Of a stretch of DNA of 64,000 nucleotides, positions 28,401 to 43,214 are shown piece by piece. Both the position numbers and the translations under genes were made by a program. Under the pieces are notes generated by a model. That model was not told the DNA's origin. It saw nothing but the letters and a program-made list of their open reading frames with translations, and did no database searches. The number at the start of each line of letters is the position of its first letter. Position 1 is the first letter of the stretch. The stretch comes from Bugula neritina (taxonomy: Eukaryota > Animalia > Bryozoa), in assembly GCA_964035545.1 (NCBI GenBank), contig OZ037766.1, forward strand, positions 6,128,722 through 6,192,721. The letters run 5' to 3'.

Positions 28401-31400
28401 AATTTTTAGACCTATTTGCTATTTTAAAATTTTTCCTTTTTAAAAAAAACACTCTTTGTTTTAGTCTGTTTGTACATACTTGAGATTTTAGTCTAAAATA
28501 ACCTGTTAAAACAACGAAAAACACTGATTTGATAACAGTCATAAAAGCTTTTAATGCCACTTACCTTTCGCAATATGTCTGATGTATTTATCTCCCTCAT
28601 CTGCCGTCAGATCAGCAAGGAGTATATGTGTCATCCCGTCTGCAGATCTATCCGCAGTGAGAGCCTTGCCAAGGTCGTTGATGTATGCTTCACTGTCCTT
28701 GAACTTCTTATTAATCCTTTGAAGCTTTTTGTCAAAATAAATATCGGCTTCCTTTCTAGCAACCGAAATAGAGTATGCAATTAAAATGTTGATGATGGTG
28801 CATATTTTATTTTGTATCAGTGCAAGTTACAACAAAGAGCATGAACATCAGGTTGCTATAGGAGAATGATATTTTATAAAACAATGTCCAAACAATACCT
28901 TGCTTCATCAATCTCGTCAAATGCTGACTTTACCTTCTTGAATTTTCTTTTCACCAAGTTTTCAGATAGAATTTTAATTTGAACGGCTATATTTTCCATT
29001 AGTACTGCAAACACGATACAACCAAATTTAATGCTATGAGTCACAAATGGACCATTATTAAACAGTTGGAAAGTAAAACGCTTTTATTGCAATAGTTTAA
29101 AATTTAGAAAAAATATTTCTAGCTCATACAAAAATTTTAAAAAAATGTGTTAGAACAGACTAAAACAATCTATTGCTATTGAATATGCTGTGCTGGCCGA
29201 ATATGACTTTATGACTTATAGTTGTTAGAATGCATTTAAAACTATTACAGATTATTGCATACATACCATCAGCTTGTTCAAACATGGAAAGTGATTCTTC
29301 TAATGATTTAGCTTCTCCAGCATCATTTGCATTTTGCTCAATCTTTTCCAGTTGCTCCATATCCTTACGCAAAATCTCTGTATTTTCTTTTTCACTTTTC
29401 TTGTTATCCGTAGGACTAATGGCATCATTATTTCCCTCTTTTTCGCCTTCTTCGTCACCATCACCTTCTTCATCTTCGCTGTCACTGTCATCACTTCCAT
29501 ACAGCTCAGTAATTATCTCCATTTGTGGACCTAAATCAAAAGTACAGATTAAAATTATAATGCTGCATTTATTTTAATAATTAAGTAGCAAACCTTCCTC
29601 AAACTGTGTGCCTTTAATACTTTTCAGTACCAGTTCCATGCCATTACTTACTGGCTATTCATTTATCAATCTCATCTACTCTAGTGTTACTTTCTCATTT
29701 TTCAAATACACGACATGCAATATATCTTAAAAGCTATTTTATAATACTTACATTTTGATAGGTTTTGATTCACTTCTTGCACAGCTTCTTCTACAAAATT
29801 TAAAAAAAAAACAATTCATTTTTTTAAATATACTGATTGAAAGCCAGCAATTAGATGCTCACGCAAAAAAAATAACTCTGAAAGTAATAGAATAATCAAT
29901 TATAAAATTATAAGAAGACTTCTTATAGATGACTGAAGTATGGACTTACTCAGTACATTGTCCAAAATTGATTCAATGTTCTTTTTATGGTCAACCAGTC
30001 TAAGGTCGTTGAAAAACTCTGAGCGTTCATCGGTGACCCTGACACTCACCACAAGTGAGATGTTTACCGGAATAGCATGCATGCACAGAGCGATGAACTT
30101 GTTGAGATTAGCGTTAGTCTCAGCTAAACTCTCTAGCGAATCAAGGACTAGTACCACAGGTTTGTCCGCACACATGTGTACTTCTGTAAGAATGCTTTTG
30201 AACAAATCGATCATGGCCGACAAACTAGAATTTCCAACAGAGCGAGGAAGAATGGTTGATCCATAAAGCAAGTGCAACTGCTTGCTTATTCCCCTGAGTA
30301 ACTTGGGTAAAGTTTTAGTCAACTCGGTAAGACCACAAAATCTAACTATGCTAACAGAATCTTCACCCATGATCTTTGGTATCTGAGAACATAAAAATGT
30401 TTTGCCTGTTTTGATGCCACCGGATATGATAATTGGAGAGCTTTTAACTTTGGCATCCGATACGATGGCTGCCCGTACTTGGTCTATTTGCTCCTTTCTT
30501 TCAAAAGCATTTTCAGAGATTGTGTGACAGAGGTGCACATGGTTCCAGACATCCATAGTCTCAAATGGCTGTAAGTATACGTGTGGGTTAGTTGCTTTCT
30601 CCTGCTTTTCAATATTGGCACGTCTCTTGTACGCTTTGACAATCGCAGACTCTATTTCTGATACAGTTGATACAGATTTGATGCCCAATGATGCAGCCAT
30701 TTCAGTGTAGTATTTGACAGCTGTAAGAATAAAAACAAAACGTGGACATAAAAACACAGACTTATTGGGTTGATAATATTATTCAGGTGACTATAGTTAT
30801 AAGTGGTAGTAGCGAAAGTCTAAATACACTCATTATTATTATTCACTAGTGAACATTAATGTGCAAATCATACAAAGTTAGAAAGTAATGAATATATAAT
30901 TTGATTGTTATACTAAGCATAGCAAACAAGATATGATTATACATCAACTGACCCGAGTTGCAGATATGTCATGATAACAACTGTTTGAACCAGATTCCTA
31001 ACAAATGGATTTTCAGACATAAAAATGTTAAACTATAGCTGCTGCAACAATTCAAATTTATGTGAGTCAGTTTACTTCATTTAGTACCGGTCACCCGTAC
31101 AGGACTACGACCGTATAGACATGTAATATCAATGCACTAACCATCTATCTTTCCATTGATTGCTTCAATATCAGCAGCCTATAATAAAGATAAAATTATT
31201 TCACACAAACTACCTAAATTTTTATTATATAATAATTAAAATTACTATAGTGATATGCATATGCAATATAATATAAATGTATGGAAAAGATTTCTGGTAA
31301 ATACACCTTACACCAACAAATATAAGTCACACATTTTCTTCAAATTCAATAAATTTTGCACCAAATCAAATGACTAGGATATTAAGATATTCTTAGAATT

Positions 31401-34400
31401 AGAGTGAATAAACGTCTTAATATACCAGGGGTAGCTGCTCATATACATTACTATAGCAGTATATTTACAACCAGTATATTACAGCAACTAATTTACATCA
31501 CTGGTTTACAAGCCAACTATAATCATAATACATCAGAACGTTCACCTAGACATGTCAAAAGTTGAGAACCTTGCTGCTTATGTAAATTTTGAAAACACAG
31601 TTTACAGATATGAATGCTAACACCCTTTCTTTAAAACTACGCAATAATAAAACTCATATATAAGATTATAAAATAACCAATTTAAGAGCATCTATAGTTA
31701 GTACATCACCTCCCATTCTTGAGCCTTTAGGTAGTAAACGTCTGCATCGTGCGCACACGGTTCATAGTAATCTCGAGAAGTCACAGAGTTGGCCGCTATT
31801 GCCAGCTCTTTACTTAGAGAAGGTATTATTTGCCTTGAGACTTGGGGCTTAAAACTTTCCTGCCATAAATGAAGTATTCATTATACAAAATGAAAATAGT
31901 TACAGCAATTTGAGTAATGTAACTTTATTTAAATGATCAAATGGTGTCTCAACTTGTCTCTATTTTATTAACAGGCAACAAAAACTAGTAACAAACTTTA
32001 CCTCTTGAAGTTTTGGCAAGTCTTCTGCTTTCTCAGGATCTTTTGCTTTTTCAGGAGCTTCTGCTTTTTCAGGATCCTCTGCTTTTTCAGTGTCTTCCAC
32101 ACTTTCAGATTGTTTCACTTCTGTAGAATCTTCTGCTTTGTCAGTATTTTCCACATTTTCTGCGTTTTTAGAATTTTCATCGCTTTTAGACTGTTCACTA
32201 ACTTTCAGTAAAGTGAGTACAGACCTTTCCTGGTAATCACTCATAAACTTCTTTAAATCCTTGATGCACATTAGAGACGGAATATGAAGAAAGTTTGCAT
32301 TTATAGACTGGAAAGCTTTTTCCTCCTCAGGTGTTGGACCTAGTAAAATAACAGACGCTAAATAGTAATACTATTTTAGGTAGCAAAATGCGACTAATAA
32401 TAAAATATGAGCATTATAATAAAACATTTCAACTAAAAGCTAAGAAATATGCAAAGCTAAATGTTCACTTGGTTTCACATGCCCAAAAAATGGCATATCA
32501 AAAACAACAGGCGCCAAAGCCTCATGAATCATCTTACTATCAAGTCTAACATCAAGTTATTCCTCCAAGTAATAAGCTTACTCAGTTAAAAATAGTGATA
32601 AAAACTACAAACTGGTTTTTGTCAAAAAGTAATGCAGAAAACTCACTTATAGTGAAAACAGTAACACCTCCTTTCTTTTGTTCTGGTTTAACAAGTGGAT
32701 TTCTATACCATTCTGGGACAACGTAACTAGCTTTGTCTACGTCAGTCTGAATGGTTTCAGCTTTAGCCTGCTCTCTTAGTTTCGCGGCGTTGTCATCACG
32801 CCTCTTAGAGCTCTGGGCACGGCCTCCCTTATCAGGGTAAGAGTAATGAATGTATAAAACTTATTATAAATACAATAGATGGACTCTCTTGTTAACCAAA
32901 ATGAGATTTATTCATGCATGAAACATACCAAAATTATTGATTTCTGCCGAGTTGAAAGTTGTCTTTCCATTGGGGGTTTCTTTTTCTCTCGCAAAACTAC
33001 TTGATTTTCAGAATCATTAATAGTTTGAGGTTCTGTGTTAGCCTGGGAATCATCATTAGCCTGAAAACTGACACCTGATGGTGCCTCATTAGAAACCTCA
33101 GAATTCTCGACTACTTGAGAAGTACTGGAATCGTGCACTTCTTCCGGCGCCTTCTGTTGAATTCCTGGTAGAACTACAAAAAATGCAGAGTGAATTTAAA
33201 CCCACAGTTCTGTAAATGCACAAAAACTTACATAATGTATAAAAGAACAAAAATAAAGTTTTATTAACTGGGATAGGAAGTTTTATATTGAATATATATA
33301 ATAACTCTATAAGTTAAACCTGGAGCTTGTAGGTACTTGCTGCACAAGCACATGATTTACTAATTAATAAATGGTTGCCCAATGGAAATATACATCAAAA
33401 AATAACGTTAGAATAAATTCAACTATTTCTTACACTTTCTAAAAATTTTCTTGAATAAAATTTGTAATTTAAATTGCGACACATCTAACTACCAAAATAC
33501 ACAATAAAACCAAAATTGTTTAGCATCAACCAAATACTGCAGTCCTTTTTACGCATGTGTATGAACAAATGAAAGCACTATTTACTCTGCATATAACAAT
33601 GTTGAAATAAAAGTTGCTGTACCTGGTTTCAAACTAGCTACACTAGAAGTTCTAGTATCAGGGCTACCTTGGCTTTGTCGTCCAACACTTGCTGCAGGAC
33701 TGTCTGTTTTACCTTTAGAGGTCTTGACTGAAGTCACAGTTCTAAAAAACACAGTAGGCCCAGCTGAAATTTTCCTGCAGATACCAGGAACAATTTCATC
33801 ATACTGTGAGCACAAACCTTTTGAATCAGATTGAATATATGTTAAAAATATCTTTAGAGAGTCAAAAAGTATCTGATGAGCAGGATCAATAAAAACATAC
33901 ATCTAAAAATCTAAACACAGTTTGGTAAAGTGATGTGGTACAACGGTCAAGTTTGTTAGTTTAACTTATCTTAGTATACATTAGAAGGTTTTGAAGATGG
34001 CAGTAACCTGATAGTTTCAATTTCACAAATAAACTAAATGAAGTGAAATAAAAGAATAAAATGAATGAAATTCACATTTTTCAGACACATTTTAATATTT
34101 TAGGGATTTGGGGTTAAATAAGATCTAGACAGGAATAGCTAAACTTTCCCATATTCTACACTCATGAAGCATTAGTTGAAATCATATTTCTTATTCTCCA
34201 ATTCAGCATTCATCAACTCACAATGGAGGTGTGACATATACAATACAATTCAACACATAATCAAGGCTTTGTGCAGGATATATAAAATGGCAATATAAGT
34301 GCTAAAAAGAGTGTGGAAACTATACACAGGAAATAAAACTTACCCCTTCAAACTATCACTAAAACAAATAACAGATTCTAAAACTATTTATACTTTACTA

Positions 34401-35841
34401 CGAAAATAACTACTCAAGCTAATAGAAAATAGTGCTTGAATAGTTATTCTATAACTATTTACTCTTGGCAATCAAACAAAATATAAAATACGTAAAACGA
34501 AAGATTGTTGATTGATCAATAAGATTTAAAAGGTATAACTAACTTTTAACCACAAACATTACGTATTTTAATAAATTTTGAATTGCCAAAAATAACCGTG
34601 ACAATCTACATCTAATTTTTCACACCAAATTTACATGTTTTTGTTAAGATTTTTGTGTTTAGGATCCCACGTGTTTTGAGCATAGTACTCGTCATTAGAG
34701 TTCATCTGCAGAGGACGCAACTTGGCTCCTGGCAACAGTTTAGCTCCTGATTTCATGGAAGCAGAACCATTGCTAGTAGTAGAACTCCTTCGCTGAACCT
34801 TTGGAGGCTACAAGAAAATACAAGTAAGCTACGTTACTAGCTATTTGTGCTTAAGCGTTATCACCAACAAAATATCAACAAAAATACACAAGAATAATTC
34901 AAGAGATGATAGAATGTTGTTTAAAGGGTTGAATAAAATATTAATTGATAAAAAAATTATGATGTACTAGTCAGCTATCTTAGTAGTCTAGTGGGTCAGA
35001 ATAAAACATGCAATTAAACAAATAAACTTGATTCCAGTCATTTGAGATTGTTGCCTACTACCACCATTCTCTCGGCATGGTATGAAAAAGAAATAGCAAA
35101 TCTTGAAGTTAGTAGCAAATAAGTATTGTTTCCATTAAACTTTAAACACTAAATAAAAATTTTTTTTCTGCTGCTATTCATGTATACATTTTAATTTTGT
35201 GAATCGATATTAGAAATATGTTGGCAAAACTATATTAGGCTATATTGAATGCTGGAGCTATTTATATTTAATATTGATATTATTATTAAAATAACTACTT
35301 ACCTTTGGCTTGTGAACAACAGTAGAACTTTTGAGATCAACACCTGCAAAAGTTTCATCAAAAATCAATTCTGTCAGTATAATTAAAATTTTATCCGTAA
35401 AACGAAACAATTTAATTAATTTTACAATAAAATGTCACATTATTATGACAGATTAAAAAAATTGCAACTTTTATAAACGGCATAGCTTTTCTAAATCACA
35501 GTGCACTAGCAGTCAATATAATAAAAAATTTATCATAGTACAAGATGTTGCTGGTTACCTGGTACTGTGGATTTAGTAGATGGAGCAGTGATCTTCAGTG
35601 TTGTTGTAGGCTTATTCCACGTGTCTAGTAAGTGAACAAAAATAATCATTTTAATATGGGAGCTTTTGGGTATGGTACTTTTTTCAAATTTTTGTAAGAC
35701 TGAATTTACCATAAAAATTACTAATCACATGAATTAAAAAGGAGTTTATTTATTGTTACCTGTTGAAGTGACACTAGGTTTAGTCTGTGAAACAGGTTTT
35801 TTCACTGTAGGCCTTTGATACCTTGCTGCAGGAGGAGGCAT
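16429..35841 (-). CDS. Divergent NACHT and WD40 repeat domain-containing protein (NWD1/NWD2-like STAND NTPase), ~1,914 aa, 32 coding exons
   Basis: Phase-consistent exons: 35760-35841, 35559-35624, 35303-35343, 34635-34807, 33623-33741, 32929-33173, 32647-32827, 32002-32339, 31710-31859, 31142-31178, 29950-30720, 29752-29790, 29267-29530, 28899-29004, 28565-28755, 28151-28238, 27412-27556, 26705-26920, 26507-26592, 25380-25744, 25002-25123, 24017-24185, 23417-23598, 22730-22889, 21929-22161, 21408-21617, 21040-21201, 20595-20685, 19870-20153, 19321-19372, 18388-18497, 16429-16695 (5745 nt). Walker A PIIISGGIKTGKT, IVRFCGLT, Walker B PVVLVLDSLESL, NPLLLRLIF, C-terminal beta-propeller-like strands (IIKLWE, LTSWN, VTVWN). 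Start codon and a few small exons are less certain. Confidence 0.8.
17530..17870 (+). pseudogene. Degenerate Penelope-like element reverse transcriptase fragment (intronic)
   Basis: DGAETCQLV (other frame) then GLYIDDGLG...IDFLDTTLNL...KYIY..KHP, matching PLE motifs DGAExCELVG / GLYRDDGL / FLDxTLxL / SNHP; frameshifted and truncated. Confidence 0.75.
22893..22962. repeat. 9-bp repeat (ACCATAGCA-like) abutting an acceptor of the NACHT-WD gene
   Basis: About 8 degenerate units directly upstream (minus strand) of the exon starting at 22889. Confidence 0.8.
27960..28156. repeat. 22-bp minisatellite (TACACTGCTACTACCTGTTGAT) x ~9 spanning an exon donor
   Basis: Minus-strand unit GTAGTAGCAGTGTAATCAACAG reproduces CAACAG|GTAGTA. 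Confidence 0.92.
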
Positions 35842-37984
35842 TCTTCTTTTAAAAAATAGAACTGTTTCAGTTAAAGTTTCGTGGAACAATTTTTATTAAG
35901 GGAAATGCTTATAACTAGAAATATTAAATGAATTATAACTAATGATGAAAGTGAGGAGGGTAAAACTCTTGTATTAGTGTTTAGCGCCATTAACACAGAA
36001 CCATCTGAAACAAAATTTAGCAAACCCATGAAAAATTGAATATGCATTTAGCTACAACCTAATGTCAAGCAAGTTGGTTGCTAGTCATATTTATATTTAG
36101 TAGCATAAATATTTCAATCGAGCATTAGTGCTGATTTTAAATTATAAATCAAATTATGGAAACTACAGTTAATTGTGAGTATACACTATATGTATAATCA
36201 TTTGAAGATAGTTATAGTAACATTTAGTTTTATAATCACTAATTTTTATGTTTATCATACTATTAGAAATAGTCAATGTCAAACTCAAAGTATCATTATC
36301 ATAGTCACCACTTACATTATTATAATACAATTACATTGATATAGTAATATAAAAAATAATAAAAAATCCAACCATCTATCAAAATGCAATATTGAAAGAT
36401 ATTAAATTCACAATCATTACAATCACAATAGTAATAATCATGATCATCATAGAGTGATCATAATCACCAAAGTCAGTCACTCAGTGTGAATATGATTATG
36501 AATATCAAATTCAATATCACAACTACTTCAACAAACAATATTAAATCATACTAGACTGATTATAAGTATAAACTTATGGATTATGGTTAAGAAATTTATA
36601 ACAGTCATCAAGTTAGGCAAAAACACCATTATTATTTATTTTCGATCTGATTAAAGTGTAAAACCTGATACTCAAACTGAAACTAAAATAATTTTTGTAC
36701 GCCTACAATGATGATCTCAGCCGTTCGAGCTTTGTTGTTAGAAATCATTAAACGACAGTATTATTAGACTAGATTCTCGAGTGCGACTTAAGTTCGTCAA
36801 TGGTTTTTAAAATATAAATAAACTCACCGATAAACTTTTACTAAGAATAAAAACCTACGCTACAGTCAAATAGTGCGTGTTTAATGTTTAGCAGTATCTT
36901 AGCAGCAACTTCGTCGGGTTTTTAAACAAACCATATTTCGTCTATTCGAAATACGACAAAATACAGTAACGACTAAACAAAACTTTGATAAAAGAAGATA
37001 ACTCTGTTGGTTTATTAGCTCTATTAATGGCATAGTTGGCATAATTTCCAATCAATACGACCCAGACTTAAATTCTAAGTATAGCATTTAAAAAAAACCT
37101 TCAAAAAGCTTAAATTATCATACTCCTATCAACTTAGGATTTGAAATACAGGAAGCATCATCGTTTGAACTCCATCAGTTTGCTTGTAGAAAAAACCTAC
37201 TTCTGCATACACTATGAGAAATAGCTAAATACCAACACATGTGTAGAAAAGTCTGATTAGTTCAAAAGTCGTACAATTACTCTATTCAAAAGACCTTGAG
37301 AGCAATGTAAATCCAGAACTTTAATATGTTCAAGTAAAATTGTTCACTATTCATTGCATTTTATTTAATAAACAAATAGGAATGGGCTTCAGGTTGAAAA
37401 AAATCTCATCTAAAATCGTAGTTGAGATATTGTAAAGTTCGATAAAATCAAGAAAAAATTATTGAACTATATGCATCAAGGTGGCTTATGGGCAAAGCAC
37501 CATCCTTAGGTGCTGAACATGAGTACTGCGTATCTACAAATGAAATAATTGATAGTCAATAAATCTACATAACTTTTATTTAATTTTGCAAAATTTGATG
37601 TTACTACCAGTTAATGCAATAATATGTATGTAATATATAAATAAATATAAATTTGCTAAGAAAAAATATCTTAAACTGTAAATTATGCAAATAAAAAACG
37701 TCTTTTTTGAAAAAGTTCTTTCAAAAAGCCTTGTAATCTCACATAAATATTATTATTTATGCCAAATACTTCGACTCCAAACTCAATTCAATAGAATACA
37801 AGAAAAAATAGTAATAAAAGGAAGAAAATACAATATAAACACAATACAATAAATACAACAGGAACACATTGAAACCATTATTGGAAATTTGCTGGAAGAT
37901 TGTAAATAACATGGTATCTGAATTGTAATATAATACAACCAAATACAGATTAGGAGCTCGTCATTCCTTTATAGAATATTCTGA

Positions 37985-40900
37985 TCACCAGTGACAGCCA
38001 TGAATATCAGCTACTTTCTTAATGAAATCCAAATGGCTAGCAAAGAGCTGTAAATCCTGAGAAATATCAACCCATTTCACTCCGATTGCGTCATCACCTG
38101 TTGAAAATCAAGAACAATCAATATTCTATAATAAATAAAACTTGTGCAGTCCAAGCTAAAATTTTAATCGAACAACAAAAAAGTTGATTTGAAGAGCTTT
38201 AGTTGCACGTCTGCAATATTTGTCAAAATATCGTGAAATTTATTAGAAGTTGAATTACACTGATGATTATTAATTTTTTTATTTTTAATTCATTGACAGT
38301 TGAACACAACGCACTTTGAAAGAACAACAATAAGCGTTTTTACAAACTTTATATAGTGTAGGTGATACAATAAGAATTAAAGAATAATCTACAGTCAATA
38401 ATATTATCGCTGAACAATGGTTTCAAACATTAGTCATAAACAACAGTCGTACCAGCATTCAATGTGAAAGCTCCTACAGAATTGCCCGAATCATCATGGA
38501 AGTTGTGTGCTACTGTCTCTATCCAGGAGTTATCTGTGTTACGGGGGTCATCAACATACCCCCTGTACACCTGTTGGATACAATACAATATATTCAAATA
38601 TGTCAAACGACTCTTGAGAGTTGTCTCTTCTACATATTTACATTTTCAGAAACTGACTAAAGAGCTTGTCATCAAACACATAGAAGAAGATGATCATTTT
38701 ATTAATAACTTTCTGAGTCAATGCCCCTCTGGAAGATAATGAACCAGTAAATACAGAGGAGCATGGGGCAGAGATACTTTTTACGCCACCTTGTACATAC
38801 TTTAAATGACATCTTATGTTAAATAATCCTACAGAGTTTTGACTTTTTTCCATTTTTGTTCATGTCTACTTATTAAAGCCAGTATTTACACTGAATGTCT
38901 GTGATATGCAAAAAATCAATCAACCAAATATTTTAGTTTAATTGTGTATAACTTAAAATACATAAGAATCAACAGCAAACACTAACAATAATCATTATCC
39001 CCAGCATATATTGTACTATTATAGGCTAATCTGCACTAACTGACCTCAGTTCCATGTTGAAAGAGGTCATCTACTTGAGTTGTAACTTTCTCAACTTGGT
39101 CAGGGGGAAGCTCTAAGGTGTTCATAGCCTCTTCACTGAACTCTCTTTTCAGTGTAATATTTATATTCTCTCCAGCATCTACCATGCCCTGGACATGGCA
39201 TAATACTTGAGTATAATAATAAATTTTACATTTGTTTGTCTCTTGAAAAAGTGTAACAGTCTTTAAAATGGCAAAACAACTCCAAATGATAACAAGGTAC
39301 AAGATAATTATTGGTTTGAATTCAACTTTAGTATTTCAACTTACACCAGGTACAGCCCACACACCGTGATCTCTTCTCACAATAGCTACAAACTGCAGCA
39401 CTAATTTCTGAGAAACAGGATCAGTTATCTTGTTTCCGGCATCATCTCTCTTCCACCTGCAAAAGAAAACTGAGTAGAGCATTTACATCTGCACTTTACA
39501 TCTGCACTTTACATCTACACTTTACATCTACACTTTACACTTGTGTTTAGCATTTGTACTGACATGTTGAATATACACCTGTGAACTATCACTTTTGCGA
39601 AAACATAATTTTCCCTGAATTGGTGACTAGTCTACTTGTGCACAAGTAACATGGAGAGCTACAGACTTGACATTATGCAGCCACTGTATTAGCGTATAAT
39701 TTCAATACGGTTAAACTATTCTGCCCTTGAAATGAAGTCAATATCAAAAGATTCAGAACCCCAGCCAAGCATACATCAAGAACTGTGGATGCATAATACC
39801 TTTTATCAATTTCTTTCAGAAAAAAAATTCTTTACCCTCTATAACTGTTACCAATATATGATTTGTTTGGGTAGTAGTCAATGTGTGCCAAACAATTAAA
39901 CTTACAGCAAAGTGGCTGTAGCTACCAAAACACTGGCAGAACTACTCTACACTCTTTTATGGTTTATATTTAGTGTACAAGGAACTAGTGGTTTAGTAAA
40001 CACAAGGCCAGTGGTTTGAAATCCAGTGAAAACCATTGACGATGTTAGGAAAAGTCATAATTGCTGCTGTGCCACATATGAATAAGTTCTTAGCCTGCTT
40101 TAAAAAACCCTTTTCATCAGGAGCTCCCACAAGGATAGTGACTATAAACCCACATGAGTGTTATTTATCGTACTACAAATTTGAGTAACAGTTAACATAA
40201 TTTTAAAAAGGGTAAAATCACATTTAGTTGAAATTAAAGTTATTAAAATAAATAAAGGCTAACAATTGAGTTACAGTAACTTTAAATAACACACCAACAA
40301 ATAGAAGGTGACAAGAGCAACATATCCAACACACAAACACAATATGGTGTTAGCTAGCCAATTAGTCCGCCATTACATTGTTTGTATAACGCATTGTATT
40401 TTGCTATCATTGCCATATCTACTCATACCCAGATCTAATATAGTAATACATGTATATACAGGTTTATTAGCTGTGACATTTGCATGGCAACATAACAAGC
40501 TATATTATATGTATGTATATTAACTATGATTTTAAAAAACAACCTTAAGTTCAGAAATAAAATCATGAAATACTCGTAGAAAAAGCAGAATGGTTTATAT
40601 CACCAAGTAATTTAGGCTGCTGTCTGATGAAGCAAACACACTACTTGATGACTCACCTGGTAACTATCGGATCAGCAGCGTGGTTAGGTCCCCACTTGCC
40701 CAGCGTCCCTCTACCTTTAAGACCTGTTCTACCAACCGGGTTTCTAAAGAATACAGGTTCAGGAAATTTAGGTGCCATAACTAGGTAAAGTAAAAAAGTT
40801 GTCCCTACACAATCTTAGCCTTAAGATCAGGAGTTACAATGTGATGTAGTCTTAGCCATAGTAATAAATTTGGGAATCCACTGATATAAATTATAAGTGA

Positions 40901-43214
40901 TTGTGTACAGATATGATAACATGTGAACATAATATTTTGTTAAAGATGATTAAAAATAAGGCCAGTTTTCTACAGTCACTGAGAGAGAACACTTATTGTA
41001 GTGAATGTCAGCATTAACCTTTCCAACATTTGGGTTTAAAATACATCAGTTTTGGTCGACTAATTTTCATCCCGTAATGACGATTCAATCATCTAGTATA
41101 CAATACGAAATAATTAGCTAGTAGTTCTAATCCCCAGGTACACAATTCGAATTGATAAAACTTAAATTAATTAGTGATGTAATTTCTTGCTCATGCTTAT
41201 ATCGTCATAACAAAGGTTACATACTCATCCATTAAATTACAAAATAATTATGGCTACCAATTTAACTTAATTTTATATTGAGAGTTCTAAGTATTAAATG
41301 TCAACTGCAAAGGCTTTACATAAAACTGTCCATAAAATTATTCAATGCTATACAGCAAGTGTATCAACTGCAATATCTCACAATTCTACTGACTATTTAA
41401 TAGTAATTATACCAATACATTAGGCAGTCAACAGTGGAGCACAGCTGTGTTTAAGAGGTGCAAATACTGCAAACACATATTACATATAAATGATGTTACA
41501 TTGGTGTATAAATAAATTATCAATCCCACCAGGCAATGTTACATTCTGAGTTAGGACTCTACAAGATAATACCACATCATTCAGGAGACCAGTATATTGT
41601 AAGTTTATACAACTTTATATGTTAAAACATACAACAGTATAGAGATTGCTAAACACTTGAGTAAGTATAGAAGTAGAAGTAGAAGTAAGAGTAGTTATAA
41701 CATATAGACATATATCAGAACTTAAAGTAAAGATCTGATCATACGGAGACCAAATATCCAATAAAACCTGAAAATCCATCAGGCTAAATTCACTGACATC
41801 CAGAAGTTATTTCCTCTACTTTTTAGTCATAGAGCTTGATTGGGTGTTTCTCAAATGCTTGTTAGACAAAAAAATACTTTTCCTCATTAGTTGTTCGGTA
41901 AAATAATATAACAAATTCAATCAGAGCATTTACCAAAAAATTAAAAGTATTTTGCTCCTTGCTGTAAATATATTCTAGGATGGTGATTGGTGGAAACAAA
42001 TATTGTTGCTATGGATACTAATAAGCACGTACGCCACTCAACAAAAGATATTCTGCCATTTTACTATTTTGATTGGTTGTACTCTGGCCAATATCAATAG
42101 AAATATTATTTTATGTTCACCCAGTGTGAATACACCTAGACCATTCAGCATAATATGACCAGACATGTAGAACTATAACAAGCAGCTAAAATAATTAACC
42201 AGCTTGAAAAGTGTGGCCCCCCCCATCTTTCTGTCAATAATAACTAGTTACAAACCAATATTACAACTACTGAAGTTAAACTAGCCAAATATCCTACTTA
42301 AAAAACATGAATATACAATGTTATGTAACAGAGAAAATTAATATTGATATTGAAAATTGATATTACATACAATGGCCGCCCTTTACAAAATTCATCAGTT
42401 TCGCCAGAATCCAAGGAATATTCACCCATGTGACTTCGTCTATCAATATTACCATCGATTGTGTTGAACTTTAAGCCTTCGATACTAAAACCATAAATGA
42501 TGTCCAGTTTAATGAAATGCAACAAGCAAATTGTTAATTTGCAAATGAGTTAACTTTCTAGCACATAGAATTAGGTACCTAATAAATAGTCACTAGATGA
42601 AAGCTTGCAATGCAATACACAATAAGCAACAAAAACAATACTACTTTTAAATTATCAAGAAATAAATAAAATCAATGAATAAATAATTCAAATTTGCTAT
42701 ATTTGTAACACTAGCAATGCCATGCCAGTCCTGTCACAGTAATCTTCAGAGGTCATTCATCTTGACCTAATTATCAAATAAAGAAGCACTAAGCAAAACA
42801 TAGAAAATATTATGAAGTACAGTGGTATTTGTTCAGTAAGAAAACCTTTTACGATAACAATAATTCATGTGTAAGAAAAGTCTTAACATAGCAATTTTGC
42901 TAATTAGAAAACATACAAATTTTTGCATATAAATCTCACTATGGAACAGAGAAATGTGTTGGAAATATACTTTGTTCAACCTGCGAAGTAAAGATACAAA
43001 TTTACCTGGGAGGATCAGCCCATTCAGGGCCACTCAGTACATGTGGCATAGTATAATCATCTGGATCATACTCTTTCCACTCAGCATCCCAAGATACCAA
43101 ATCATCTGGCACAGCGCATCGCTTCTGGTCATCATCTCTAATATAAAGGTGTGGGAATGACTTACGGCAGTTCGTATGCATGTGTCCGAACAACTTCGTG
43201 ATTGCTCTAGCCAT
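37985..43214 (-). CDS. NUDT9: ADP-ribose pyrophosphatase (Nudix hydrolase 9), ~298 aa, 7 coding exons
   Basis: Exons 43006-43214, 42371-42484, 40657-40743, 39345-39456, 39045-39188, 38453-38570, 37985-38097; [37 protein letters not shown], Nudix box GGMVDAGE...[37 protein letters not shown]. Confidence 0.96.
39481..39540. repeat. 13-bp minisatellite (CTTTACATCTRCA) x ~4.5 near a NUDT9 acceptor
   Basis: Directly visible. Confidence 0.85.
39984..40095 (+). mobile_element. SINE-like repeat (copy 2)
   Basis: CCAGTGAAAACCATTGACGATGTTAGGAAAAG...TGCCACATAT aligns by eye to the reverse complement of 1345-1450. Confidence 0.5.

Noticed and set aside
29230-30266. Plus-strand ORFs opposite the NACHT exons
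   Set aside because: Antisense reading of coding exons.
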